A stretch of DNA of 24,000 bases from an uncultured Actinobacillus sp. (GTDB taxonomy: Bacteria > Pseudomonadota > Gammaproteobacteria > Enterobacterales > Pasteurellaceae), in contig NZ_CAMEFX010000017.1 in assembly GCF_945915845.1 (NCBI RefSeq), forward strand, positions 1,283 to 25,282. Direction: 5' to 3'. Below are positions 1-13,293 of this stretch, in pieces; positions within the stretch are counted from its first letter, which is position 1; the number at the start of each line of letters is the position of its first letter. The position numbers and the translations under genes were made by a program. Below the pieces are notes generated by a model. It had not been told where the DNA came from and searched no databases. It saw nothing but the letters and a program-made list of their open reading frames with translations.

Positions 1-1335
1 ATGTCTGAAACATCACAAACTATTCCGGAACTGGTTTCTTGGGCAAGAGAACGCGAGTTTTCCCTAAACCTAAATACAGAACGTTTAGCCTTTTTACTGG
101 CCATTGCCCTTTTTAACAACGAACGCTTCGACGGCGAAATGCAAGAGAGTGATTTGGTGGATATTTATCGCCAAGTTTCAAAAGAGTTCGAGCTATCAGA
201 AGCAGTCACAACACGTGCGAATAATGCGATTAATGATTTAGTAAAACAACGTTTTCTTAATCGTTTTAGCAGTGAATTTACCGAAGGATTATCTATCTAC
301 CGCCTCACCCCATTGGGCGTAGGTGTCTCAGATTATTATATTCGTCAACGAGAATTTTCTGCATTGCGATTGTCTGTACAATTAGCTATTGTTGCCGATG
401 AAATTCAACGTGCCGCCAAATCTGCGGAAGAAGGTCATCTCAAAAATGAAGATGAATACTTTTGGCGTCGCAATGTATTTGCACCACTGAAATATTCTGT
501 TGCAGAAATTTTCGATAGCATTGATTTATCTCAACGTATTATGGATGAAAATCAACAGAGTATTAAAGAAGAAATCGCCGAACTCCTCACTAAAGATTGG
601 CAAGCGGCAATTGCGAGTTGTGAGCGTTTATTAGATGAAACATCAGGGAATTTGCGCGAGTTACAGGATACCCTAAATGCTGCCGGCGATAAATTACAAG
701 CTCAATTATTACGCATTCAAGACTGCGTTATTGAACATGATGAATTGTATTTTATTGACCAACTTATCATTGATTTGCAAGCGAAATTAGACCGTATTAT
801 TAGTTGGGGGCAACAGGCCATTGATTTATGGATTGGATACGACCGCCATGTGCACAAATTTATTCGTACTGCCATTGATATGGATAAAAATCGGGTATTT
901 AGCCAACGTTTACGCAATTCTATTCATCACTATTTTGATGCGCCTTGGTATTTATGGACGGCACAAGCAGAACGTTTAATTGATTTACGTGACGAAGAAT
1001 TGACATTGAGAGATGAAGATGCGCTTGGTGAGTTGCCTGAAGAATTACAATATGAACAACTCTCTGATTTACACGATCAAATCGTAGAAGCGATGCAAGC
1101 CTTATTAATTAATCACCGTGAACATAATCAACCGATTGATCTAAGCTTGGTATTAAAACAACAGCTTGATAACTATCCATTATCACGTCATTTTGATGTA
1201 GCACGCATCATTGTTGACCAAGCTGTTCGTTTAGGCATGGCAAGCGCGGATTTATCAGGCGTTTATTCCCAATGGCATGAAATCAATGATTACGGTGCTG
1301 AAGTACAAGCCAATGTGATTGATGAATATAAATAG
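1..1335 (+). CDS. mukF: chromosome partition protein MukF (kleisin subunit of MukBEF condensin)
   Basis: 444-aa ORF whose ATG is window position 1. The N-terminus [36 protein letters not shown]... parallels the conserved MukF N-terminal domain as I remember it from E. coli. It is followed by mukE and mukB in the canonical order. Confidence 0.95.
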   Translation: MSETSQTIPELVSWAREREFSLNLNTERLAFLLAIALFNNERFDGEMQESDLVDIYRQVSKEFELSEAVTTRANNAINDLVKQRFLNRFSSEFTEGLSIYRLTPLGVGVSDYYIRQREFSALRLSVQLAIVADEIQRAAKSAEEGHLKNEDEYFWRRNVFAPLKYSVAEIFDSIDLSQRIMDENQQSIKEEIAELLTKDWQAAIASCERLLDETSGNLRELQDTLNAAGDKLQAQLLRIQDCVIEHDELYFIDQLIIDLQAKLDRIISWGQQAIDLWIGYDRHVHKFIRTAIDMDKNRVFSQRLRNSIHHYFDAPWYLWTAQAERLIDLRDEELTLRDEDALGELPEELQYEQLSDLHDQIVEAMQALLINHREHNQPIDLSLVLKQQLDNYPLSRHFDVARIIVDQAVRLGMASADLSGVYSQWHEINDYGAEVQANVIDEYK

Positions 1336-1369
1336 CAATCGGAAACGAATTTTATAAAGAGAAGAAAAA

Positions 1370-2107
1370 ATGAACGAAAATCTTCAAGACTTAATTTCAA
1401 CAAAATTAGCCGCAGCCATTGCAAATCCGTTATTTCCTGCGGTGGATAGCCTGTTACGTTCGGGCAGACATATTGGGCAGGAACATATTGATAATTATGC
1501 GTTTTTGGCTGATTTCCAAAATGAATTAGATGGTTTTTATCGCCGTTATAATGTAGAGCTCATTCGCGCGCCTGAAGGCTTTTTCTATTTGCGTCCGAAA
1601 GCGACAACGTTGATTGCCCGTTCAGTGTTGAGTGAATTGGAAATGTTGGTGGGTAAGGTGTTGTGTTATTTATATCTTAGTCCGGAACGTTTAGCGCAAC
1701 AGGGCATTTTTACCGTACAAGAAGTGTATGACGAGTTATTAAATTTGGCGGATGAAGCAAAATTGCTGAAAGCCATTAATTTGCGTGCTAGCGGTTCGGA
1801 TTTAGATAAACAGAAATTAGCAGAAAAAGTGCGAGCAGCCATTGGGCGTTTACGCCGTTTAGGAATGTTGCATACGGTCGGTGAGCAAAATAGCGGTAAA
1901 TTTACCATTTCTGAATCTGTGTTCCGTTTTGGGGCGGAAGTGCGTGGTGGTGAAGATTTACGTGAAGCGCAGTTGCGTTTAATTCGCGATGGGGAAGCCG
2001 CAACACCAGAATCCTTGACAGCGGAGAAAAACGCTTTGGACGAGGAAAGTGCGATAGAAAATGAAGAAGATTTTGAAGATGATAATAATCAAGAAGGAGC
2101 GGAATAA
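1370..2107 (+). CDS. mukE: chromosome partition protein MukE
   Basis: 245-aa ORF 34 nt after mukF, with a purine-rich AGAGAAG just upstream of the ATG. It has typical MukE sequence ([21 protein letters not shown], acidic C-terminal tail). Its TAA shares one base with the mukB ATG (TAATG at 2105-2109). Confidence 0.95.
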   Translation: MNENLQDLISTKLAAAIANPLFPAVDSLLRSGRHIGQEHIDNYAFLADFQNELDGFYRRYNVELIRAPEGFFYLRPKATTLIARSVLSELEMLVGKVLCYLYLSPERLAQQGIFTVQEVYDELLNLADEAKLLKAINLRASGSDLDKQKLAEKVRAAIGRLRRLGMLHTVGEQNSGKFTISESVFRFGAEVRGGEDLREAQLRLIRDGEAATPESLTAEKNALDEESAIENEEDFEDDNNQEGAE

Positions 2108-5100
2108 TGGCGGAGTTTGAATTAGAGCAAGATGTGCTTGAAGCGGAAGAAGTGATTGAGACCGCCGAAAGTGAAGATGAAACTCTCGATAATTTCACCG
2201 CGCTTTCGCCCTTTGCTACACCGGCCGGCGTTGAGCGGGGTAAATTCCGTTCTTTAACCTTAATTAACTGGAATGGTTTCTTTGCGCGTACCTTCGATTT
2301 AGACGAACTGGTGACCACTCTTTCAGGGGGGAATGGGGCAGGTAAATCCACCACCATGGCAGGTTTTGTGACAGCCTTAATTCCTGATTTAACGCTGTTA
2401 CATTTCCGTAATACCACAGAAGCGGGCGCGAGCGGCGGTTCGCGCGATAAAGGCTTGCACGGTAAATTACGCCCGGGCGTTTGTTACGCGGTGTTAGATT
2501 GCGTGAATTCACGTCATCAGCGTGTACTGGTGGGCGCGCGTCTACAACAGGTTGCGGGACGTGATAAAAAAGTGGATATTAAAACCTTCAGCTTGCAAGG
2601 TATCGAATTATCCATCAATCCGACCGCACTTTTCACGGACGTGGTGAATGAACGTCAAGCTAAAGTCTTAGGTTTAACGGAACTTAAAGACAAAATCGAT
2701 CAACTTGGCGGTCAATTTAAGCAATATCATTCCATTGCTGATTATCACGGCATGATGTTTGATTTGGGCATTATTCCAAAACGTTTACGTTCATCTTCTG
2801 ACCGTAGCAAATTCTATAAACTTATCGAAGCTTCGCTTTATGGTGGGATTTCCAGTGCCATTACAAAATCCTTGCGCGATTATTTATTGCCTGAAAACTT
2901 GGGCGTACGCAAGGCGTTCCAAGATATGGAAAGCGCGTTGCGTGAAAACCGTATGACCCTTGAAGCCATTAAAGTGACCCAATCCGATCGTGATTTATTC
3001 AAACATTTGATTACGGAAACCACAAACTATGTGGCGTCAGATTATATGCGCAACGCCAATGAGCGTCAGGGTAATATTGAAGCGGCATTAACCTTCCGTA
3101 AAGAATGGTATCAAGCGAAATCTGAACAAGATTTATCCCAACATCGTTTGGTTGATTTAAGCCGTGAAGCGGCAGAATTGGCAGAGAGCGAGAAAACTCT
3201 TGAAGTGGATCATCAAAGCGCGGCGGATCACTTAAATTTAGTGCTGAATGCTTTACGCCATCAAGAAAAAATCGAACGTTATCAAGATGATGTGACCGAG
3301 CTAAATGAAAAACTCGAAGAACAAAAAATGGTGGTCGAAACGGCGAATGAGCAGCTTGAAGAAAGCCAAGCGCAATTTGAGCAACTTGAAACCGAAGTGG
3401 ATCAAATTCGTAGCCAATTAGCGGATTACCAACAAGCACTTGATGCGCAACAAACCCGTGCCTTGCAATATCAACAAGCGATTCAAGCTTTAGAAAAAGC
3501 GAAAACCTTATGTGGTTTAGCGGATCTTGCGGTGAAAAATGTGGACGAATATCACGAAGAATTTGCGGCACAAGCGGAAACCTTGACAGATCGCGTCCTT
3601 GAACTTGAGCAAAAAATGGCGATTTCCGAAGCGGCGAAAACCCAATTTGATAAAGCCTATCAGTTGGTTTGTAAAATTGCCGGCGAAGTCCCTCGTTCAG
3701 CGGCTTGGGAAAGTGCAAAAGAATTATTGCGCGAATATCCAACCCAAAAAGTGCAAGCGGCACAAACGCCACAATTGCGCGCGAAATTACACGAATTAGA
3801 GCAGCGTTATGCACAACAACAAAGTGCGGTGAAATTATTAAATGATTTTAATCAACGCGCGAATACCAGCCTTGAAACTGCCGATGAGTTGGAAGAATGC
3901 TATAATGAGCAAGAAGCTTTATTAGATGACTTAAATGCGGAACTTTCCGAGCAAGTGGAAAATCGCTCCACTTTACGTCAAAAACGCGAGCAGTTGAATG
4001 CGGCTTACAATGAAAATGCAGCCAAAGCTCCAGCTTGGTTAACGGCTCAAGCCGCGTTAGAACGTTTAGAAGAACAATCCGGCGAGCGTTTTGAAGATAG
4101 CCAAGATGTGATGAATTTCATGCAAGGGCAAGTGACTAAAGAGCGCGAATTGACCATTCAACGCGATAAATTGGAACAAAAACGCCAACAATTAGATGAA
4201 CAAATTACGCGTTTAAGTCAACCGGATGGTTCAGAAGATGCGCGTTTGAATATGTTAGCGGAACGCTTTGGTGGCGTGTTGCTGTCTGAGCTTTATGATG
4301 ATGTACCAATTGAAGATGCGCCATATTTCTCCGCACTTTATGGACCGGCACGTCATGCGATTGTGGTACGTGATATTCAAGCGGTAAAAGCACAGTTAGC
4401 AACCTTAGAGGATTGCCCTGATGATTTATATTTAATCGAAGGGGATCCGTCTGAGTTTGATGACAGTGTATTGTCGGCACAAGAGCTTGAACACGGTGTG
4501 GTTGTTCAGGTTTCAGAACGCGAAGTCCGCTATTCAAAATTTCCTGAAATTCCATTATTTGGTCGTGCAGCACGTGAAAAACATTTAGCTGAACTGGAAA
4601 TTCAACGTGATGAAGTGGCGGAAAACTATGCGCAAGTGGCATTTGACGTACAAAAATGCCAGCGTATCCATAGTCAATTCAGTCAGTTTATTAGCTTGCA
4701 TTTGGCGTTAGCATTTTTACCTAACCCTGAAGAATTGATGCGCGAAATCAATGTGGAACGTAATGAAATTGACCGTGAATTGACCGCACTTTCTACTACA
4801 GAACAACAATTACGCATTAAATTAGACAACGCCAAAGAGCGTATGCAGTTGTTAAATAAACTCATTCCACAATTAGCGATCATTGCCGATGACAGTTTGC
4901 TTGATCGTATTGAAGAATGTCGTGAACAATTGGATACGGCGGAACAAGATGAAATCTTTATTCGTCAACATGGCAACAGCTTGGCGCAGTTAGAACCGAT
5001 CGCCAATACCTTGCAAAGCGACCCTGAGAATTATGAACGCTTAAAAGGTGATTTAGCGCAAGCGATTGAACAGCAAAAACAAGTGCAACAAAAAGTGTTT

Positions 5101-6636
5101 GCGTTGGCAGATGTGGTTCAACGTAAAAACCATTTTAGTTATGAAGATGATGTGCAAACGGAAAGCAATGGCTTAAATGAGCAATTACGTTCGCGCTTAG
5201 AACAGGTTCAAGCCAAACGTGATGTGCAACGCGAACAAGTGCGTCAAAAACAAGCACAATTTGCCCAGTACAATCAGGTATTTATTCAATTACAAAGTTC
5301 GCAAGTGAGTAAAAATCAGTTATTACAAGAGTTAATGACTGAGGTTTCAGAACTGGGTGTTCGTGCGGATGTTGGTGCAGAAGAGCGTGCGCGTGTACGT
5401 AAAGATGAGTTGTATCAACAACTTTCCACCAGCCGTCAACGCCGTTCTTATGTAGAAAAACAGTTGACCTTGATTGAAAGCGAAGCAGAAAATCTCAGTC
5501 GCCGTATTCGTAAAGCGGAACGTGATTACAAACAACAGCGCGAGCTTGTCGTAGCAGCAAAAGTAAGTTGGTGCGTGGTGTTGCGTTTATCTCGTCATTC
5601 AGATGTGGAAAAACGTTTAAATCGCCGTGAATTAGCTTATTTATCTGCGGATGAATTGCGTTCAATGTCGGATAAAGCGTTAGGAGCGTTGCGTCAAGCC
5701 GTGGCGGACAATGAATATTTACGTGACGCATTGCGTTTATCGGAAGATAGCCGTAAACCTGAAAATAAAGTGCGGTTCTTTATCGCGGTGTATCAACATT
5801 TGCGCGAGCGTATTCGTCAAGACATTATTAAAACCGATGACCCAATTGACGCTATCGAGCAAATGGAAATTGAGTTAAGCCGTTTAACGGATGAATTGAC
5901 TAACCGTGAGCAAAAATTGGCGATTAGCTCAGAATCCGTGGCGAATATTATGCGTAAAACCATTCAACGTGAGCAAAATCGTATTCGTATGCTTAACCAA
6001 GGACTACAAAATATTGCCTTTGGTCAGGTGAAATCTGTGCGTTTGGTGGTGAATATTCGCGATACACACGCCATGTTATTAGACGCACTTTCAGGTAGCC
6101 AAGAAGATTATCAGGATTTATTTAATGATAATCGTATGACCTTCTCTGAAGCGATGGCAAAACTTTATCAACGCTTAAATCCACATATTGATATGGGACA
6201 ACGTACCGCGCAAACCATTGGGGAAGAATTACTGGATTACCGTAATTACCTCGATCTTGAAGTGGAAGTGTACCGTGGCGCAGATGGTTGGTTACGTGCA
6301 GAAAGTGGGGCATTATCAACAGGTGAAGCGATCGGTACAGGGATGTCAATCTTACTTATGGTGGTGCAAAGCTGGGAAGAAGAAAGCCGCCGTTTACGCG
6401 GTAAAGACATCTTACCATGTCGCTTATTATTCTTAGATGAAGCGGCGCGTTTAGACGGTAAATCTATTAGCACTTTATTCGAATTGTGCGAACGTTTAGA
6501 TATGCAATTGCTCATCGCCGCCCCTGAAAATATTAGTCCGGAAAAAGGCACAACCTATAAACTGGTGCGTAAAATTTCAGGCAATCAAGAACATGTACAT
6601 GTTGTTGGGTTGCGTGGTTTTGGGGCAACAGAGTAG
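2107..6636 (+). CDS. mukB: chromosome partition protein MukB (SMC-like ATPase)
   Basis: 1509-aa ORF with an N-terminal Walker A ([15 protein letters not shown]), very long Q/E/L/A-rich coiled-coil arms, and a C-terminal head with [11 protein letters not shown] (Walker B-like). Size and order match MukB. Confidence 0.97.
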   Translation: MAEFELEQDVLEAEEVIETAESEDETLDNFTALSPFATPAGVERGKFRSLTLINWNGFFARTFDLDELVTTLSGGNGAGKSTTMAGFVTALIPDLTLLHFRNTTEAGASGGSRDKGLHGKLRPGVCYAVLDCVNSRHQRVLVGARLQQVAGRDKKVDIKTFSLQGIELSINPTALFTDVVNERQAKVLGLTELKDKIDQLGGQFKQYHSIADYHGMMFDLGIIPKRLRSSSDRSKFYKLIEASLYGGISSAITKSLRDYLLPENLGVRKAFQDMESALRENRMTLEAIKVTQSDRDLFKHLITETTNYVASDYMRNANERQGNIEAALTFRKEWYQAKSEQDLSQHRLVDLSREAAELAESEKTLEVDHQSAADHLNLVLNALRHQEKIERYQDDVTELNEKLEEQKMVVETANEQLEESQAQFEQLETEVDQIRSQLADYQQALDAQQTRALQYQQAIQALEKAKTLCGLADLAVKNVDEYHEEFAAQAETLTDRVLELEQKMAISEAAKTQFDKAYQLVCKIAGEVPRSAAWESAKELLREYPTQKVQAAQTPQLRAKLHELEQRYAQQQSAVKLLNDFNQRANTSLETADELEECYNEQEALLDDLNAELSEQVENRSTLRQKREQLNAAYNENAAKAPAWLTAQAALERLEEQSGERFEDSQDVMNFMQGQVTKERELTIQRDKLEQKRQQLDEQITRLSQPDGSEDARLNMLAERFGGVLLSELYDDVPIEDAPYFSALYGPARHAIVVRDIQAVKAQLATLEDCPDDLYLIEGDPSEFDDSVLSAQELEHGVVVQVSEREVRYSKFPEIPLFGRAAREKHLAELEIQRDEVAENYAQVAFDVQKCQRIHSQFSQFISLHLALAFLPNPEELMREINVERNEIDRELTALSTTEQQLRIKLDNAKERMQLLNKLIPQLAIIADDSLLDRIEECREQLDTAEQDEIFIRQHGNSLAQLEPIANTLQSDPENYERLKGDLAQAIEQQKQVQQKVFALADVVQRKNHFSYEDDVQTESNGLNEQLRSRLEQVQAKRDVQREQVRQKQAQFAQYNQVFIQLQSSQVSKNQLLQELMTEVSELGVRADVGAEERARVRKDELYQQLSTSRQRRSYVEKQLTLIESEAENLSRRIRKAERDYKQQRELVVAAKVSWCVVLRLSRHSDVEKRLNRRELAYLSADELRSMSDKALGALRQAVADNEYLRDALRLSEDSRKPENKVRFFIAVYQHLRERIRQDIIKTDDPIDAIEQMEIELSRLTDELTNREQKLAISSESVANIMRKTIQREQNRIRMLNQGLQNIAFGQVKSVRLVVNIRDTHAMLLDALSGSQEDYQDLFNDNRMTFSEAMAKLYQRLNPHIDMGQRTAQTIGEELLDYRNYLDLEVEVYRGADGWLRAESGALSTGEAIGTGMSILLMVVQSWEEESRRLRGKDILPCRLLFLDEAARLDGKSISTLFELCERLDMQLLIAAPENISPEKGTTYKLVRKISGNQEHVHVVGLRGFGATE

Positions 6637-6658
6637 CATACTCAAGTAATTAAGTCAG

Positions 6659-6696
6659 AAGTGCGGTTAAAAAATCAATTACTTTTAACCGCACTT
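6659..6696. terminator. USS inverted-pair hairpin, probable terminator downstream of mukB
   Basis: AAGTGCGGTTAAAA (6659-6672) pairs perfectly with TTTTAACCGCACTT (6683-6696) across a 10-nt loop, starting 23 nt after the mukB stop. Inverted USS pairs are a known terminator form in Haemophilus-type genomes. The trailing T-run is weak (TGTCTATTT). Confidence 0.55.
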
Positions 6697-6870
6697 TGTC
6701 TATTTCCGCTATTACTGAAGCAAAATGACATTATGTTTATGTCTAAATACCATTTGGGTTCTCAACAATCAAGCCTTCAAATCAATCCTCAATCTACAAA
6801 TTGAAGATGGGTTGGAATGATGGAATGAATTTGACCATAAATAATAGGACAAATAACTTGCCCCGAATAC

Positions 6871-11185
<4,315 letters not shown>

Positions 11186-11225
11186 AGAAACTCCTATTTC
11201 AAATTAGTTAATGATTTTTAGCGAA

Positions 11226-11239
11226 TGTTAACGTTATCA
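11226..11239. promoter_or_regulatory. LacI-family operator candidate O1 (TGTTAACGTTATCA)
   Basis: 14-bp near-palindrome centred on CG. Half-sites are TGTTAA and TGATAA, fitting the LacI/GalR-family TGnnAnCGnTnnCA pattern. It sits 41 bp upstream of the lacY ATG, between the CRP site and lacY. Confidence 0.6.
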
Positions 11240-11270
11240 TTTATCATTAACAACAAATTTTTGATAAAAA

Positions 11271-11286
11271 TGTGAAGTAGATCACA
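11271..11286. promoter_or_regulatory. CRP (cAMP receptor protein) binding site
   Basis: TGTGA-AGTAGA-TCACA is a perfect match to both consensus CRP half-sites with the correct 6-bp spacer, with A/T-rich flanks (AAAAA...TTTTT). The centre is 93.5 bp upstream of the lacY ATG. Confidence 0.65.
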
Positions 11287-11288
11287 TT

Positions 11289-11302
11289 TTTTAACGTTAA
11301 CA
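11289..11302. promoter_or_regulatory. LacI-family operator candidate O2 (TTTTAACGTTAACA)
   Basis: Same TTAACGTT core as O1 and O3. Half-sites are TTTTAA and TGTTAA. It directly abuts the CRP site. Confidence 0.5.
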
Positions 11303-11311
11303 TTTTATTTC

Positions 11312-11327
11312 TATGACAAAAATCACA
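11312..11327. promoter_or_regulatory. second, weaker CRP-like site
   Basis: TATGA-CAAAAA-TCACA has one mismatch to TGTGA-N6-TCACA. The centre is 41 bp from the first site and about 50 bp upstream of the candidate -10 of the lacI-family gene. Confidence 0.3.
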
Positions 11328-11335
11328 ATTTTCAA

Positions 11336-11349
11336 AGTTAACGTTAACT
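11336..11349. promoter_or_regulatory. LacI-family operator candidate O3 (AGTTAACGTTAACT)
   Basis: Perfect 14-bp palindrome with the same core. Its right half (TTAACT, 11344-11349) sits 17 bp upstream of a TAATAT -10 candidate (11367-11372) for the repressor gene, which suggests autoregulation. Confidence 0.6.
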
Positions 11350-11406
11350 ATAGCGAAAAAAGAAGGTAATATATAAGGCACAAGCGTAGTAAAAATGGGA
11401 GTTGTT

Positions 11407-12411
11407 ATGGCATCATTGAAAGAGGTAGCAAAATTAGCCGGGGTTTCATTAATGACAGTGTCACGGGCATTAAATAATCCCGAAAAGCTATCAAAGTCCA
11501 CTTATGATGTAGTAAAAAAAGCCATTGATGAATTAGGCTATGTCCCTAATTTTGCTGCACAAAATATCCGTGGGGTAGCACGCAAAACCATCGGTGTTCT
11601 ATCGCTTGGCACAGCAACGACACCGTTTTCTGTGGAAATATTATTAGCTATCGAAAAAACAGTGCGAAAATATGGTTGGCATTCCTATGTGATTAATACC
11701 TTTGAAAATGATGAAGATGAGCTTGAACAAGCGGTTGAACAGCTGATTTCTCATCGTCCCAATGCCATTATTATTGCGCGGAATGGACTAAAAAAAGTCA
11801 AAATTCCCGAAAGATTGCGACAATTTCCTATTGCGCTCGCAAATTGTGTCACTGATGATGCAGCTGTTGCTAGTTATATTCCTGATGATTTCCATGGACA
11901 GCAAGCCATAGGGGAGTTGTTGGTCAAAAAAGGTTATAAAAAAGCCTTATTTTTGCATATACCACGTAATTATATTGCTACCAAAGCCCGTAAAGCTGGT
12001 TTTGAGCAGGTTTTTGAAACCAATCGGAAAAGTGAAAATGCGGTTAAAATTGATCACTTTTTTATGGAAGATGATGGTGAAAATTATTTTACCGGCGCAA
12101 AACCTCTTATTGATTTGCTACAACGTCACAAAAAATTAGATTATGATGTCATCGTTTGCGGAAATGACCGAATTGCTTTTGTGGCATATCAATTATTATT
12201 ACAGCAGGGATACCGTATTCCTGAAGATATTGCTGTTACAGGTTATGATAACATGGTCGGTGTAACGCATTTATTTTTACCGTCATTAACTACGGTGCAA
12301 TTACCACATTATGAAATGGGAGAGCAAGCTGCGTTACATTTAATTGAAGAACGCACATCAACAGAAGCGGTTTTAATTCATTGCCCATTGATTATTGGTG
12401 AATCTTGTTAA
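11407..12411 (+). CDS. LacI/GalR-family transcriptional repressor, probable regulator of the adjacent lacYZ genes
   Basis: The N-terminal HTH MASLKEVAKLAGVSLMTVSRALNNP is typical of the LacI family, with a periplasmic-binding-protein-like C-terminal domain. GGGAG 5 nt upstream favours the ATG at 11407 over the ORF-track ATG at 11395. The gene is divergent from lacY with palindromic operators between them. Confidence 0.9.
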   Translation: MASLKEVAKLAGVSLMTVSRALNNPEKLSKSTYDVVKKAIDELGYVPNFAAQNIRGVARKTIGVLSLGTATTPFSVEILLAIEKTVRKYGWHSYVINTFENDEDELEQAVEQLISHRPNAIIIARNGLKKVKIPERLRQFPIALANCVTDDAAVASYIPDDFHGQQAIGELLVKKGYKKALFLHIPRNYIATKARKAGFEQVFETNRKSENAVKIDHFFMEDDGENYFTGAKPLIDLLQRHKKLDYDVIVCGNDRIAFVAYQLLLQQGYRIPEDIAVTGYDNMVGVTHLFLPSLTTVQLPHYEMGEQAALHLIEERTSTEAVLIHCPLIIGESC

Positions 12412-12453
12412 CTTTATCTTAAACATTTATTTAAATTCATTTCTATAAAATCC

Positions 12454-12516
12454 GGCAACGTTTACAAGAAAAATCTTTTATTTTTCACGTAGCGTTGCCA
12501 TTTCTATTTTTTATTT
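12454..12516 (+). terminator. possible rho-independent terminator of the lacI-family gene
   Basis: Composite hairpin: GGCAACG (12454-12460) pairs with CGTTGCC (12493-12499), with an inner stem GAAAAAT (12468-12474) paired to ATTTTTC (12480-12486). It is followed by ATTTCTATTTTTTATTTC. The stem is imperfect and A/T-rich. Confidence 0.4.
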
Positions 12517-12830
12517 CTGCAAATAATCACGTATCTCATCCCACATATTAAATATAAAAAATAAATATTCTCACAACAAAATAAATCGCAAGAGTAGCCC
12601 TTCTCACAAAAGTGACTTTTTGTAATTAATTATTTAACATAATATAGATTATGCGAAATCAGTTATCTGGTTAGGAAATACTACGATCTAAATAAATCAC
12701 AAGGTTATCAACAGGTATCTTGTATCGGTGAAGCTAGATAATGATTGATTGAATTGTGTTATTTGAGTGATTCTTTTAGCAAGTTATTACAGTAAAATTA
12801 TAAAAATACTGCTTAGATAATACATGAATG

Positions 12831-12839
12831 TGATATACT
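12831..12839 (+). promoter_or_regulatory. extended -10-like promoter element for the orphan gene
   Basis: TGaTATACT (a TG extension plus TATACT) ends 42 nt upstream of the ATG at 12881. There is no good -35, which is tolerated by extended -10 promoters. Confidence 0.35.
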
Positions 12840-12880
12840 GATTACAAGGTAGCAACGTTTTGAACTTAAAAGGAAGAATA

Positions 12881-13222
12881 ATGATAGATAATATGATTAA
12901 ATGCCCATTTTGTTTTACAGAATCTGAACGAGGAATCTCTGTATGTCGAGGTTGTCACGCTACAGTGAAATATGGAGAAAGTATAATACCTTATTTCGTT
13001 ATATCTTTAATTTTTGGCTTAGTTGGTGGATTTTTTCTATTACGTTTTTTAGGAGAAAATGTATTTATATCAATACAAAATTTAAGTAAAGAAACTGGGT
13101 TGACTTTATTTATAGTTATTGTTGCAATACTCTTTTCATTATCGCTTTATATTCTGCTAAGCTATGTTAGAAGTCCCAATGCAAGAAATAAAGTGACATT
13201 TCATCGATATATGCCTAAATAA
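12881..13222 (+). CDS. hypothetical small membrane protein: N-terminal CxxC...CxxC zinc ribbon plus two predicted TM helices
   Basis: The ORF track starts at TTG 12860. The ATG at 12881 has AGGAAG (12871-12876) just upstream. The product MIDNMIKCPFCFTESERGISVCRGCHATVKYGE... is followed by two hydrophobic stretches (IIPYFVISLIFGLVGGFFLLRFL and LTLFIVIVAILFSLSLYILLSYV). It has its own promoter-like element and a strong terminator. Hand count is about 29% G+C. I recognise no family. Confidence 0.6.
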   Translation: MIDNMIKCPFCFTESERGISVCRGCHATVKYGESIIPYFVISLIFGLVGGFFLLRFLGENVFISIQNLSKETGLTLFIVIVAILFSLSLYILLSYVRSPNARNKVTFHRYMPK

Positions 13223-13226
13223 CATC

Positions 13227-13255
13227 AAAAAAGCCGACAATCCGTCGGCTTTTTA
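13227..13255. terminator. bidirectional rho-independent terminator shared by the convergent orphan gene and sbcB
   Basis: AAAAAAGCCGAC-AATCC-GTCGGCTTTTT: a GC-rich 6-7 bp stem (13233-13238 with 13244-13249) flanked by an A-run on one side and a T-run on the other. It begins 5 nt after the orphan stop and lies about 40 nt after the sbcB stop. Confidence 0.8.
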
Positions 13256-13293
13256 TTTAGTTCACTAATATGCGCTACACTGTCACAAAATAA

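Noticed and set aside
1902-2417. 171-aa minus-strand ORF spanning the mukE/mukB junction.
   Set aside because: It is antisense to two well-supported genes, including the MukB Walker A region. It has no start context and is a shadow ORF.
3011-3814. 267-aa minus-strand ORF inside mukB.
   Set aside because: It lies entirely antisense to the strongly supported mukB coiled-coil region. Its L/R/P/F-rich low-complexity translation is typical of a shadow ORF opposite GAA/CAA/GCG-rich codons. It has no SD and no recognisable motif.
4205-4642. 145-aa minus-strand ORF inside mukB.
   Set aside because: It is an antisense shadow ORF with an H/P/L-rich nonsense-like sequence and no independent support.
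6725-6820. 31-codon plus-strand ORF (MTLCLCLNTIWVLNNQAFKSILNLQIEDGLE) in the mukB-lacZ spacer.
   Set aside because: It has no SD and no promoter-like element, lies downstream of the mukB terminator hairpin, and is too short to support without conservation or expression data.
12453-12863. AACGTT-centred sequences CGGCAACGTTTACA (12453-12466) and TAGCAACGTTTTGA (12850-12863), considered as distal lac-type operators that would link the orphan gene to the LacI-family repressor.
   Set aside because: The half-sites match the TGTTAA consensus of the three promoter-region operators at only 3-5 of 6 positions. AACGTT is a short palindrome expected by chance in AT-rich DNA. Without binding data this is not supportable.
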